61,109 nt of DNA from assembly GCA_038043025.1 (NCBI GenBank), contig JBBTCW010000003.1:1-61109 (forward strand). Reading direction: 5' to 3'. The position numbers and the translations under genes were made by a program. The notes beneath the pieces were generated by a model, which had not been told where the DNA came from, made no database searches, and worked only from the letters and a program-made list of their open reading frames with translations. Numbering within the stretch: the first letter of the stretch is position 1; every line of letters begins with the position of its first letter. This DNA is from Pseudomonadota bacterium (GTDB lineage Bacteria; Pseudomonadota; Gammaproteobacteria; UBA12402). Of the stretch, positions 22,907 through 33,036 are shown in pieces.

Positions 22907-23853
22907 TGAGTCAGTTGTCAAATTTAAAAATCATCTTTGCAGGCACGCCACTCTTTGCTGCCACGCATTTTCAAGCGTTGCTCGATCGTCACTGCTTGAT
23001 TCAAGCTGTCTTAACGCAACCCGATCGCCCCGCGGGTCGCGGAAAACATTTGCAGCAGTCACCGGTAAAACAAATCGCATTAAAGCATGATTTGCCGATT
23101 TATAGTCCGACCACTTTGTGCGATGAAGTCCTACAGGACGCCCTGCAAGAATTTAATGCGGATGTCATGGTGGTTGTTGCTTATGGATTGATACTGCCCG
23201 AAGCGGTTCTATCCATGCCTCGACTGGGCTGTGTCAATGTGCATGCGTCATTGTTACCCAAGTATCGCGGCGCATCTCCTATTCAGCAAGCGATTTTATC
23301 AGGCGATGCCGAAACGGGTATTACGGTGATGAAAATTATCAAAGCGCTGGACGCAGGGCCGATGTTATTACAATCACGCTGTGCGATTGAGAAGACGGAC
23401 ACTGCCGAGACGTTATCAAAAAAATTGGCGCAGCTGGGCGCAGAGACTCTTTTAAAAACATTAGACAGGGGTTTAGTGAATGCAGAAGCGCAAGATGAGA
23501 CGCAAGCAACCTATACTAAAAAAATTGATAAATCAGATGCCAGAATTGATTGGAATAAATCGGCGATTGATCTTGATCGAGAAATTCGCGCATTTAATCC
23601 CTGGCCCATTTCATTCACTGAAATGAATGGCGAACGCATTCGCATCTGGCAAGCCACACCGCTCGCCGAGACACATCATAAGAAACCGGGGCAAATTATT
23701 TCGGCGAACCCGGTGGGTATTGGTGTCGCAACGGGCGAGGGTGTTTTACAAATTCAGCAGTTGCAATTATCGGGCGGAAAAAAATTACCTGTTTCTGCCG
23801 TGTTAAATGGCAAGCCGGCGTTATTTCAAATTGATCGTCGGTTTGATTTATGA
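22903..23853 (+). CDS. fmt: Methionyl-tRNA formyltransferase
   Basis: FAGTP, TQPDRPAGRG, VVAYG, NVHASLLPKYRGASPI and IRAFNPWP. Confidence 0.98.
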   Translation: MMSQLSNLKIIFAGTPLFAATHFQALLDRHCLIQAVLTQPDRPAGRGKHLQQSPVKQIALKHDLPIYSPTTLCDEVLQDALQEFNADVMVVVAYGLILPEAVLSMPRLGCVNVHASLLPKYRGASPIQQAILSGDAETGITVMKIIKALDAGPMLLQSRCAIEKTDTAETLSKKLAQLGAETLLKTLDRGLVNAEAQDETQATYTKKIDKSDARIDWNKSAIDLDREIRAFNPWPISFTEMNGERIRIWQATPLAETHHKKPGQIISANPVGIGVATGEGVLQIQQLQLSGGKKLPVSAVLNGKPALFQIDRRFDL

Positions 23854-25157
23854 CCCCACGTCTTTTTGCGCTTGAAATATTATTTGACCTGTTTATTCAT
23901 CGTCAGTCTTTTTCGAACTTGCAACAAAAACTTCAAACATATCCGAACCCCTCCGAGCGTGCGTATATTCAAGTATTATGTTATGGTGTTGCGCGATGGT
24001 ATTTGCAGTTAGACTTTATTGCGAAGCGGTTATTATCAAAACCATTAAAACAAAAAGATCAAAATATTTATATATTAATTTTAATCGGTTTGTATGAATT
24101 ACTTTATACTCAAACGCCAGATTATGCGGTGGTCACTGAAGTGGTGAATACAGCGCGAGCGTTAAAAAAACCTTGGGCGCAGGGTTTAATCAACGCCGTA
24201 TTGCGAAATTTTTTACGACGCAAAAAAAAGGAACTGTTGAAAACAGTCAGTGACAATGAAGTGGCCAGTTATTCGCATCCCGAATGGCTATTGACGCGAT
24301 TAAAAAAAGAATATCCTCATGCGTGGAAAGAAATTGTAACAGCAAACAATCAACATCCGCCGATGAGTTTGCGCGTTAATCGAAACAAAATCTCGCGTGA
24401 CGAGTATGGCGAAAAATTGCGACACGTTGGGCTGCGCGGAAATATTTTGCAAGATTATAGCGATGCGATTTTATTAGAAAAGCCATGCGCAGTAGGACAA
24501 TTGCCAGGGTTTTCTGAAGGTGACGTGTCTGTGCAAGACTGTGGTGCGCAATTAGCGGTAACGTTATTAGATTTAAAACCCGATCAGCGCGTGTTAGATG
24601 CGTGTGCTGCGCCGGGCGGCAAGACCTGTCATATTTTGGAGTACGAGCCAAATATTTCGACATTAGTGGCGATCGATCATGATGCAAAGCGCCTTGCGCT
24701 CGTACGAGAAAATCTCGCTCGCAGCTCTGAGCAGGGGAAATCCAGTGCTGGCGCGGCTTCCGGCTGCTCAGAGCTCATTGCCGGTGATGCAGCGGAGCCC
24801 GATGCTTGGTGGGATGGAAAAGTTTTTGATCGCATTTTGCTGGATGCGCCTTGTTCTGCGACAGGCGTGATTCGCCGACATCCCGATATCAAATTTTTAC
24901 GTCGCGAAGAAGACATTGCAACGTTAGCAAAGACTCAGTTACGCCTCTTACAAGCATTGTGGTTGTTATTGAAGCCGGGAGGAAAGCTGCTGTATGTGAC
25001 TTGTTCGGTTTTAGCGGAAGAAAATCAACAGGTGATTCAAAAATTTTTGCATCAAAACCAACTCGATCTGAGTGTTCTAGTGCATGAACAACAGCTTTTG
25101 CCGACCGTTGGCGGTTCTGATGGATTTTATTACGCGTGTTTAACTAAGATCTTGTAA
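23850..25157 (+). CDS. rsmB: 16S rRNA m5C967 methyltransferase with an in-frame repeat insertion
   Basis: NusB-like N-domain; VQD, DACAAPGGKT, DAPCSATG.IRRHPD and YVTCS. Confidence 0.96.
   Translation: MTPRLFALEILFDLFIHRQSFSNLQQKLQTYPNPSERAYIQVLCYGVARWYLQLDFIAKRLLSKPLKQKDQNIYILILIGLYELLYTQTPDYAVVTEVVNTARALKKPWAQGLINAVLRNFLRRKKKELLKTVSDNEVASYSHPEWLLTRLKKEYPHAWKEIVTANNQHPPMSLRVNRNKISRDEYGEKLRHVGLRGNILQDYSDAILLEKPCAVGQLPGFSEGDVSVQDCGAQLAVTLLDLKPDQRVLDACAAPGGKTCHILEYEPNISTLVAIDHDAKRLALVRENLARSSEQGKSSAGAASGCSELIAGDAAEPDAWWDGKVFDRILLDAPCSATGVIRRHPDIKFLRREEDIATLAKTQLRLLQALWLLLKPGGKLLYVTCSVLAEENQQVIQKFLHQNQLDLSVLVHEQQLLPTVGGSDGFYYACLTKIL
24721..24777. repeat. Degenerate 57-bp palindrome pair inside the rsmB coding sequence
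   Basis: GCAGCTCTGAGCAGG-27nt-GCTGCTCAGAGCTCA; 42-bp spacing and inner AAATCCAGT as in intergenic copies. Confidence 0.85.
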
Positions 25158-25194
25158 AACCATTTGAATGGCTTATAATTAATGTGGGGGTATT

Positions 25195-25596
25195 ATGAAA
25201 TTAGATTTGTCATCATTGCAAAAAGCATTATCGAGTTTACAGAAAGCCATTCATCGTGCAGAAAAAAATCGGCAAGATGAAGAAATACGCGATAGTGTTA
25301 TACAACGTTTTGAATATACGTATGAACTCAGTTGGAAAATGTTAAAAAGGCAGTTGGAGCAAGAATCAGCTACGCCGGATCTTATTGATCAGCTGTCATT
25401 TAGAGACTTGTTGCGTGATGCGGCGGAAAAAGGGATTTTGAACGATATAGAACCTTGGTTTGTTTATCGTGAACAACGCAATATTACCTCGCATGCTTAT
25501 GATGCAAATAAGGCGAAAAGTGTTTATATGACCGTGTTAGACTTTGTTAAAGATGCTGAACTTTTATTACAGAGCTTAGAAAAACGTAATGCTTAG
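25195..25596 (+). CDS. HEPN-type nucleotidyltransferase substrate-binding protein (HI0074 family), putative toxin
   Basis: RD..IQRFEYTYELSWK and RNITSHAY (Rx4H) motifs. Confidence 0.88.
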   Translation: MKLDLSSLQKALSSLQKAIHRAEKNRQDEEIRDSVIQRFEYTYELSWKMLKRQLEQESATPDLIDQLSFRDLLRDAAEKGILNDIEPWFVYREQRNITSHAYDANKAKSVYMTVLDFVKDAELLLQSLEKRNA

Positions 25597-25882
25597 TTTA
25601 ACCGAGCGTGAATTACAAATCGTCAAAGATATTTTATCGCGATATATACCTAGTTATCCCGTTTGGGTGTTTGGGTCACGCGTGACAGGAGACAACAAGC
25701 AATTTTCTGATCTTGATCTTGCGATTATTAGCGATGAAGCGGTACCGGTTGAAACGTTTGCGAAACTACGCGAGGCATTTTCAGAATCGGATTTAACTTT
25801 TAAAGTCGATCTTATCGATTGGGCAACAATTGACGAATCATTTCGGAAAATTATTCGAACCCATCACAAGATTCTTCAATAA
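25589..25882 (+). CDS. Minimal nucleotidyltransferase (HI0073/MntA-like), putative antitoxin
   Basis: FGSR.TG....SDLDLAI and FKVDLID; overlaps the HEPN gene. Confidence 0.88.
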   Translation: MLSLTERELQIVKDILSRYIPSYPVWVFGSRVTGDNKQFSDLDLAIISDEAVPVETFAKLREAFSESDLTFKVDLIDWATIDESFRKIIRTHHKILQ

Positions 25883-25904
25883 AATATGAACGAGAGAGGT
25901 ATTT

Positions 25905-26177
25905 ATGCAGTTGCTGAGAGAGATTATTGATATTATTTTTGCTGCCGGTTTATTTATTAATGCCGCGCTTTTTGTGCCGCAAGCCATTCGTATTTTTAAA
26001 AATAAAACGTCTGAAAATTTATCGCTGACGATGTTTATTGGTTTTTTATTGATTCAGGTGGCGGCTGTATTATACGGTTTTTTCAATAATGATTATTTGT
26101 TAGCGTTTGGTTATATGCTCAGCATTATCACCTGTGGTGCCGTGACGGTATTGATTTTCATGTATAGGGAAAAATAA
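25905..26177 (+). CDS. PQ-loop / SemiSWEET-like small membrane protein
   Basis: FVPQAIRIFK.K.S..LSL motif; three TMs in 90 aa. Confidence 0.8.
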   Translation: MQLLREIIDIIFAAGLFINAALFVPQAIRIFKNKTSENLSLTMFIGFLLIQVAAVLYGFFNNDYLLAFGYMLSIITCGAVTVLIFMYREK

Positions 26178-26195
26178 TATTTTTTTCAATTGTCA

Positions 26196-26261
26196 ACTGC
26201 TCTGAGCTGGCGATGGGCGCGGAATGCAGTCGCAGCCTGCCTGATAGCAGCTCAGAGCTGG
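26196..26261. repeat. Palindrome pair (GCAGCTCWGAGCTGC family)
   Basis: Arms at 26196 and 26247; inner CAGTCGCAGCCTGCCT. Confidence 0.85.
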
Positions 26262-26300
26262 CGGCAGTTACAATCGACTCTTAATTGATGAGGATCTGCT

Positions 26301-27338
26301 ATGCGTATTGATGAAGACATCAAATTAGATTTTAAGGATGTGTTAATTCGGCCCAAGCGCAGCACGTTAAATTCCCGTTCTGAAGTGAGTCTCATTCGAG
26401 AATACAAGTTTTTTCATTGCGGTTTAATTTGGAAAGGTGTGCCGATTATTGCGGCGAATATGGATCACACGGGCACATTTGCGGTTGCGATAGCGCTCGC
26501 AAAACATAAATTGTTGACAGCTATTTATAAATTTGCCGATATAAAAGATTGGCAAGCGCTTGATCAGGAAACATTAAAATATTGTTTTGTGACATCGGGT
26601 ACGCGCAAAGAGGACTTTGAACGCTTAACCACAATACTCAAAATGACCAACGCATCATTCATTTGTTTGGATATTGCGAATGGTTATTCCCAACATTTTG
26701 TCGATTTTTTAAAGCGAACGCGCGAAGCATTTCCCCATAAAATTATTATGGCCGGCAATGTGGTGACGGGCGAAATGACAGAAGAATTAGTCATTGCCGG
26801 TGCCGACATTGTGAAAGTGGGTATTGGTTCCGGATCGGTGTGTGTTACGCGTACAAAAACGGGTGTTGGTTATCCGCAGCTTTCTGCGATTATTGAGTGC
26901 GCTGATGCGGCACATGGGCTAAAAGGACATGTGTGTGCGGATGGCGGTTGTGTCGTGCCGGGCGATATTGCAAAAGCATTTGCAGCGGGCGCTGATTTTG
27001 TGATGCTAGGGGGGATATTGGCGGGTCATGATGAATGTGCCGGTGATATCGAAGAAGAAAATGACCGTAAATTTAAGCGTTTTTATGGTATGAGTTCCGC
27101 GGAAGCGATGCAAAAATATTATGGTGAGATTTTAGATTATCGCGCAAGCGAAGGCCGATCGGTTTATGTGCCTTATCGCGGCGCGATTGAAAATACAGTG
27201 CTCGATATTTTAGGCGGATTGCGATCTACTTGCTCATATGTTGGCGCGTGTAGTTTAAAAGAGTTATCTAAGCGCACAACGTTTATTCGCGTGACGCAGC
27301 AGCTCAACGAAGTATATTCGCATCATGAAGTCAAATAA
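26301..27338 (+). CDS. guaC: GMP reductase
   Basis: [41 protein letters not shown] and [10 protein letters not shown]. Confidence 0.97.
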   Translation: MRIDEDIKLDFKDVLIRPKRSTLNSRSEVSLIREYKFFHCGLIWKGVPIIAANMDHTGTFAVAIALAKHKLLTAIYKFADIKDWQALDQETLKYCFVTSGTRKEDFERLTTILKMTNASFICLDIANGYSQHFVDFLKRTREAFPHKIIMAGNVVTGEMTEELVIAGADIVKVGIGSGSVCVTRTKTGVGYPQLSAIIECADAAHGLKGHVCADGGCVVPGDIAKAFAAGADFVMLGGILAGHDECAGDIEEENDRKFKRFYGMSSAEAMQKYYGEILDYRASEGRSVYVPYRGAIENTVLDILGGLRSTCSYVGACSLKELSKRTTFIRVTQQLNEVYSHHEVK

Positions 27339-27994
27339 ATTTCTCGCAGCCACCGGCTAATATCATTCACTTCTTCTGTGCAGACGCTATGTTCCATCGG
27401 GTAGTCATGCCAATCAGTTTTGTAGTTTAATTGTTTTAATACATGATAAGACAATCGTGCAAATTGAATAGGAATAATATTATCCGTGATGCCATGCGCC
27501 ATAAAAATCGGTATATTAATATTTTCTTTTGAGCGTTCTGTTTTTAATCTTTCGCCGAAGGGTAAATACGCCGACAGTGACAAAATCCCCGCCAATTTTT
27601 TTGGATAACGCAAGCCGGTATGTAATGCAATGACGCCACCCTGTGAAAAGCCGGCTAGGGTAATTTTATCAGATGAAATGCCGCGAGATATTTCATGTTC
27701 AATGAGTTGGCCGATCATTTTTTCAGATTCGCCAATGCCTTTTTCATCATGTTTGTTGGGATCCAGCTGTGCGAGGTCATACCATGCCGGCATGATCATG
27801 CCTTGATTAATGGTGACGGCGCGCGGAGGCGCGGTGGGAAAAATAAAGCGTATCGGCAGATTTTTGGACAACTTTAAGTCGGCAACAATGGGTTCAAAGT
27901 CATGACCGTCTGCGCCTAATCCATGCAGCCAGATAACACTCGCCATAGGAGTGATGTTTGGATTAACTTCGATGTACGGTAATAGTTTAATCAT
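27323..27994 (-). CDS. Carboxylesterase / phospholipase (alpha/beta hydrolase)
   Basis: [23 protein letters not shown] and M.HSV motifs. Confidence 0.92.
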   Translation of the reverse strand: MIKLLPYIEVNPNITPMASVIWLHGLGADGHDFEPIVADLKLSKNLPIRFIFPTAPPRAVTINQGMIMPAWYDLAQLDPNKHDEKGIGESEKMIGQLIEHEISRGISSDKITLAGFSQGGVIALHTGLRYPKKLAGILSLSAYLPFGERLKTERSKENINIPIFMAHGITDNIIPIQFARLSYHVLKQLNYKTDWHDYPMEHSVCTEEVNDISRWLREIYLTS

Positions 27995-28221
27995 GATGAT
28001 TTGTATTGTGTTGGCAGAGGAGATTATAATGCACGGTTAGAAAATTTATTGCAACCATGGCGGGGTACCTTATGCGTTTTATTATTTTACTTCTATCACT
28101 TTTTTTGGTCGGTTGTGGGCAGAGCGGCCCGCTTTATCTCCCGTCGCCACCCAAAGTTGTTAAAAAAGCACCGAGCAAAACAACACGGATCAAGACACCA
28201 CAGGTCGCTAAAGAATAGTAT

Positions 28222-28626
28222 TTATTTCTTTTTCGGAAAAATCCAAACCGTTTTCGTTTTCATATTATATTGTGCGTATAAAGGATAATGTTCTAATAAA
28301 CGATTTATCGTAATCGGAAAAGTCGATCCCGAAACGGGCGATCGATTTAAAACGGGAAACTGTCGTGTGGTTCGCCAGATAACATTCCATTGATGTGCTG
28401 CGGCGAATTTTTCGATATTAGTTTTCAAAGATGCTTTGCTGAGACGAACATTAAATGTGGGGCGCAAGGTGTAATTAGAGGGGTAATCGCTCTTGCCTAA
28501 TGCGGGATTGACGACGAGGTTAGGTGCTGAATCGCTGCGTGCTGGATTGGCGACCTGCCATACTGCTTGTGCAGTAAAAGGTAAAATAATTACTAAGCCG
28601 AGCAAAACTAATACAAATTTGCGCAT
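28222..28626 (-). CDS. Secreted protein with a probable TcpQ-like domain
   Basis: Signal peptide ending AQA; SLK...E.FA....WNVIW...F......L..Y pattern; start placed after GGAG. Confidence 0.5.
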   Translation of the reverse strand: MRKFVLVLLGLVIILPFTAQAVWQVANPARSDSAPNLVVNPALGKSDYPSNYTLRPTFNVRLSKASLKTNIEKFAAAHQWNVIWRTTRQFPVLNRSPVSGSTFPITINRLLEHYPLYAQYNMKTKTVWIFPKKK

Positions 28627-28706
28627 AGTCAAATTCTCCACTATATTATGTTAGAATCAGTATACGATATTGTCATAAATTAGCCAATCGCTTGAGGAAA
28701 TAAAAT

Positions 28707-29366
28707 ATGGGTCTTATGCAACTGAATATCATGCAAAGCATCGCCGTATGGGCGTTGCCTGTGCTATTTGCGGTCACCATACATGAGGTGGCACATGGGT
28801 GGGTGGCTTCGAAGGTGGGCGATAAAACGGCCCAGCTTTTAGGTCGCGTGACGATTAATCCGTTTAAGCATATTGATCTCCTTGGCACCATCATTGTGCC
28901 ACTGGTATTGTTATATTTGGGTGGATTTATGTTTGGTTGGGCAAAACCCGTGCCGATCAATCCGCGCAATTTTCATCATCCGCGTCGTGATATTATTTGG
29001 GTTTCGTTGGCGGGTCCTGTGTCAAATTTTTTGATGGCATTTATTTGGGGCGGTATTGGTTTTGTGGGTAAATTATTCGTTGCACAGGGTATGTCAAATT
29101 TATATCCCATTATTTTAATGGGGCAAGCTGGCATCATTATTAATTGTATTTTAGGCGTCTTGAATCTAATTCCATTGCCGCCGCTCGATGGTGCAAAAAT
29201 TGTATCGAGTTTGTTGCCAGGAAAAATGGCTTATCAATATGATCGCATCGAGCCGTATGGATTTTATATTCTGGTGTTATTAATTGTGACGGGTGTGCTG
29301 GGTATGTTGTTAAGTCCAGCGGTGCAGTTGATGAATGTTTTGTTTCGTTTGTTTGGGTTGCATTAA
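28707..29366 (+). CDS. Site-2 protease (peptidase M50)
   Basis: HEVAH, GR.T.NP..HID..GT, GWAKPVP, AGP.SN and NLIPLPPLDG. Confidence 0.95.
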   Translation: MGLMQLNIMQSIAVWALPVLFAVTIHEVAHGWVASKVGDKTAQLLGRVTINPFKHIDLLGTIIVPLVLLYLGGFMFGWAKPVPINPRNFHHPRRDIIWVSLAGPVSNFLMAFIWGGIGFVGKLFVAQGMSNLYPIILMGQAGIIINCILGVLNLIPLPPLDGAKIVSSLLPGKMAYQYDRIEPYGFYILVLLIVTGVLGMLLSPAVQLMNVLFRLFGLH

Positions 29367-29906
29367 CCCTTGTGAGTGAATGATAAATGCAGCCGCTTCC
29401 GCCAAATCATTTTTTACGGCGACTGTTTTTATAACATCCGGATTTTTGTCTAATGTTTCTTTCCCGTGACCGGTTAAGACAAGAATCTTTTTGCACGCTT
29501 TCGCGGCGTCTAAATCTCGCTTTGAATCGCCAATCGCATAGACGTTTTTTAAATTGATCGCATAATCTTTTTTAATTTGATCGAACAAACCGCTTTTCGG
29601 TTTTCGGCATTTGCAATGATCATCAGGTGTGTGCGGACAAAAATAAATTTTATCAATACGGCCGCCGTATTTTTTTAATGTGCGCTCCATTTTTTGATGA
29701 ATTTTATTGAGGGTTTCTAACGAGAAAAGCCCTCGACCTACGCCGGATTGATTCGACGCAATCACCACTGTAAATCCCGCTTGATTTAATTGCGCAATGG
29801 CTTCTAAGCTGCCAGGAATCGGGATCCATTCATCGGGCGATTTGATATACGCAGCGGATTCCTTATTAATGACGCCATCACGATCGAGAATAATTAATTT
29901 TTTCAT
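29310..29906 (-). CDS. gmhB: D,D-heptose 1,7-bisphosphate phosphatase
   Basis: LDRDGVIN, SNQSG.GRG, CPH.P...C.CRKP and IGDS..D; follows glyS. Confidence 0.93.
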   Translation of the reverse strand: MKKLIILDRDGVINKESAAYIKSPDEWIPIPGSLEAIAQLNQAGFTVVIASNQSGVGRGLFSLETLNKIHQKMERTLKKYGGRIDKIYFCPHTPDDHCKCRKPKSGLFDQIKKDYAINLKNVYAIGDSKRDLDAAKACKKILVLTGHGKETLDKNPDVIKTVAVKNDLAEAAAFIIHSQGLMQPKQTKQNIHQLHRWT

Positions 29907-32005
29907 GATGCGCCAATCTGCAATAAAGAAATGTCGGCGACTTTTAAGAAGAGTTCGCGCAGTTTTACCAAAAGCGCTAATCGATTTTGTTGTAGCTTTG
30001 GATCCTCGTCCATCACCATGACCGTTTCGAAAAATCGATCGACGGGGTCGCGCAATTGTGCAAGATCAATTAATAATCCAGTGTAATCACAATTTTTTTC
30101 AAATGCGGCAACCGTTTCAATTCTTTTGCTGATGTCGCGCGCGAGTTGAATTTCGGCCGATTCTTTCAAGAGATCCATTTTAAATACATGCTTTAATATA
30201 CCCGCTTCATTTTTAATAAGTATGTTTTTAACGCGCTTGTTAGCGGCAGCTAAACTTTCTGCTTCGGGTAACGTCGCAAAATGTTGAACGGCTTTTAGAC
30301 GCGCATGAAATAAAACTAAATCTTCATGCCAAATTGGCCCGCCGAGCGTTGCATGATATTGGTCGAGCGTAAAGCCGTTTTGCCCAACCCACGTTGCTAA
30401 GCGATCTAAAATAAATGTGCCCAGCGTGACGCCGAGATGTTCTTTGGGTAGCGGATGATCGGAATGTTTGTAAATGTTATAGGTTTCTTTGATTAACTCA
30501 TTTAAATTTAAATGCAATTCATGTTCAATCATGATACGAATCAACCCGAATGCAGCGCGACGCAATGCAAACGGATCTTTGGTGCCCGTTGGAATTTGAT
30601 TGATGCCAAACATACCGACGAGCGTGTCAATGCGATCCGCAATGGCGAGCGCTTGGCCGGTCGCTGTTTGGGGTAAGTCATCTGTCGCAAAACGCGGCAT
30701 ATATTGCTCTTTTAATGCGATCGCGACGGTTTCAGGCTCGTTGTCATGCCGTGCATAGTATTCACCCATGATGCCTTGTAGTTCGGGAAATTCTCCGACC
30801 ATGCTCGTCATCAGATCTGTTTTAGACAGCAAAGCAGCGCGTTCAATATCAGTGATTTTAAAGTGTAATTGTTTTGCAATATAACCCGACAATTTTTGTA
30901 GACGTTGCGTTTTATTTAATAATGTCCCGAGTTGTTTTTGAAAAACCACATGACCTAATTGATCGATATAAATGTTGAGCGGATGTTTTAAGTCTGTTTC
31001 ATAAAAGAATTTTGCATCCGAAAGTCGTGCGCGCATCACGCGCTCATTGCCGCTGATAATATATTTTGTGCGATACGGTTTGATGTTGGCGATCGCAATA
31101 AAATTTGGTAATAACTGATTGGATTGATCAACAACTGGGAAACAGCGCTGATGTTTTTCCATCGAGGCGATTAATACTTCTTTGGGTAAGCTTAAAAAAT
31201 CGTTTGAAAATTTAGCTAACAGCGCCATCGGCCATTCAGTGGATGCGGTCACTTCATCTAATAACGCGTCGTTGATTACCGGGGAGCCAATGCGCTGGGC
31301 TGCATGAATGGTTTGTGTTCGAATGATGTTTTTGCGTTCGTTGAAATCCACGTACACATGCGCATATTTTTTAAGTGTTTTAATATAGGCTTTTGCGGAT
31401 GAAATGGTAATCGGCGAGGTGTTATAAAAACGATGGCCTTGTGTTTTGTTGCTCGTCGTTTTTTCTAAAATGATGCCTGGCACAATTTTTCGGCCATACA
31501 TCAAAATAATGCCATGCACCGGCCGTTCAAAAGTAATGTCATGATCGCCCCAGCGCATTTGTTTTTTAATGGGTAATTTTTTTATTGCTTCGGTGACAAT
31601 GTCTGGCAAACAATCAAAAATTGATTTACCGGGTTCGGTTTTTTTGAAATATAAACATTCACCTTTTGGCGTATCGAGTCGCTCGAGTTGTTCGACAGAT
31701 ACGTCACAGGATTTTGCAAACCCTGTTGCTTGTGGTTTGGGCGCACCGTCGGGAAAAAAAGAGATGGACGACAACGGCCCTTTGCGTTCAATGACTTGAT
31801 CGGGTTGTTTGGCCGTAACGTTATTTAAAATAACGACTAATCGGCGTGGCGTGGCGAGCAATGCGTCGTCGAGTTCATACTCGAAGCCCGATGTTTTTAA
31901 ACCTTCAGCAATAGATTCTTTAAGGCTCATGGCGAGCCGCGTCAAATTTTTTGGCGGTAGTTCTTCGGTTAAAATTTCGAGCAACAAGTCGGCTTTTTTT
32001 GTCAT
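29903..32005 (-). CDS. glyS: Glycine-tRNA ligase beta subunit
   Basis: [43 protein letters not shown] and KDPFALRR. Confidence 0.98.
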   Translation of the reverse strand: MTKKADLLLEILTEELPPKNLTRLAMSLKESIAEGLKTSGFEYELDDALLATPRRLVVILNNVTAKQPDQVIERKGPLSSISFFPDGAPKPQATGFAKSCDVSVEQLERLDTPKGECLYFKKTEPGKSIFDCLPDIVTEAIKKLPIKKQMRWGDHDITFERPVHGIILMYGRKIVPGIILEKTTSNKTQGHRFYNTSPITISSAKAYIKTLKKYAHVYVDFNERKNIIRTQTIHAAQRIGSPVINDALLDEVTASTEWPMALLAKFSNDFLSLPKEVLIASMEKHQRCFPVVDQSNQLLPNFIAIANIKPYRTKYIISGNERVMRARLSDAKFFYETDLKHPLNIYIDQLGHVVFQKQLGTLLNKTQRLQKLSGYIAKQLHFKITDIERAALLSKTDLMTSMVGEFPELQGIMGEYYARHDNEPETVAIALKEQYMPRFATDDLPQTATGQALAIADRIDTLVGMFGINQIPTGTKDPFALRRAAFGLIRIMIEHELHLNLNELIKETYNIYKHSDHPLPKEHLGVTLGTFILDRLATWVGQNGFTLDQYHATLGGPIWHEDLVLFHARLKAVQHFATLPEAESLAAANKRVKNILIKNEAGILKHVFKMDLLKESAEIQLARDISKRIETVAAFEKNCDYTGLLIDLAQLRDPVDRFFETVMVMDEDPKLQQNRLALLVKLRELFLKVADISLLQIGAS

Positions 32006-32907
32006 GCGGTATCTTTTTTAAGTAATGGAAATCCAAGTGTTTCGCGTGATGTATAATATTGCTCTGCCACCGCTTTGGCGAGCGCGCGAATGCGCAGCAT
32101 ATATTGCTGACGTTCTGTCACCGAAATTGCATGACGCGCATCCAATAAATTAAATGCGTGCGATGCGTTTAATATCATTTCATAAGCGGGTAAGGGCAAT
32201 TTGTTTTCAAGCAAGGTTTTGCATTGTAGCTCATCAGTATCAAATTGTTTTAATAAGGCGTTGACATCGGCATATTCAAAATTATAAGCAGACATTTCAA
32301 TTTCATTTTGTTTAAAAATATCGCCGTAGGTAACGCGTGGGGTATGTGACCACAAAATATCAAACATGCTGTCGACGTTTTGTAAATACATAGCGATGCG
32401 TTCGAGTCCGTAGGTGAGTTCGCCGGTGACCGGCTTGCAGTCTAAGCCACCCACTTGTTGAAAATAAGTAAATTGTGAAATTTCCATGCCATCCAAGCAA
32501 ACTTCCCATCCGAGTCCCCAGGCGCCGAGCGTGGGCGATTCCCAATTGTCTTCCATAAATCGGATGTCACATTGTTTGGGATCGATGCCAAGTGCGCTGA
32601 TGGAGTGTAAATAAAGGGCTTGAATATCGTCGGGCGAGGGTTTTAGAATGACTTGAAATTGATAGTAATGTTGTGCGCGATTGGGGTTATCGCCATAGCG
32701 GCCATCGGTCGGTCGGCGGCAAGGTTGTACAAATGCTGTGCGCCAAGGTTCAGGTCCGATTGCGCGCAAGAACGTCGATGGATGAAAAGTCCCTGCGCCG
32801 ACGGGCATATCGAGCGGTTGTGTGATCATGCAGCCTTGCTTAGCCCAATAGGTTTGGAGAGCCAAGATCATATCCTGAAAGGTCTGAGGTTTTTTTGATG
32901 TAAACAC
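32002..32907 (-). CDS. glyQ: Glycine-tRNA ligase alpha subunit
   Basis: [39 protein letters not shown] and TYGLER; GTG start after AGGA preferred. Confidence 0.97.
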   Translation of the reverse strand: MFTSKKPQTFQDMILALQTYWAKQGCMITQPLDMPVGAGTFHPSTFLRAIGPEPWRTAFVQPCRRPTDGRYGDNPNRAQHYYQFQVILKPSPDDIQALYLHSISALGIDPKQCDIRFMEDNWESPTLGAWGLGWEVCLDGMEISQFTYFQQVGGLDCKPVTGELTYGLERIAMYLQNVDSMFDILWSHTPRVTYGDIFKQNEIEMSAYNFEYADVNALLKQFDTDELQCKTLLENKLPLPAYEMILNASHAFNLLDARHAISVTERQQYMLRIRALAKAVAEQYYTSRETLGFPLLKKDTA

Positions 32908-32971
32908 CGATGAATTTCCTATTATCAATACGATGGTTGCATTATAACGGATTCGGTTTTAAGTACAATGC

Positions 32972-33028
32972 GCAGCTCTGAGCTGACGCAAGGCAGACTG
33001 TGACTGGGTTATATCAGCTCAGAGCTGT
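32972..33028. repeat. 57-bp palindrome pair R1
   Basis: GCAGCTCTGAGCTGA-cgcaaggcagactgtgactgggttata-TCAGCTCAGAGCTGT. Confidence 0.9.
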
Positions 33029-33036
33029 GTGGACGA

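Noticed and set aside
28001-28288. 95-aa ORF upstream of the esterase
   Set aside because: Non-ATG start, no RBS, overlaps the neighbouring gene end, and no recognisable motif.
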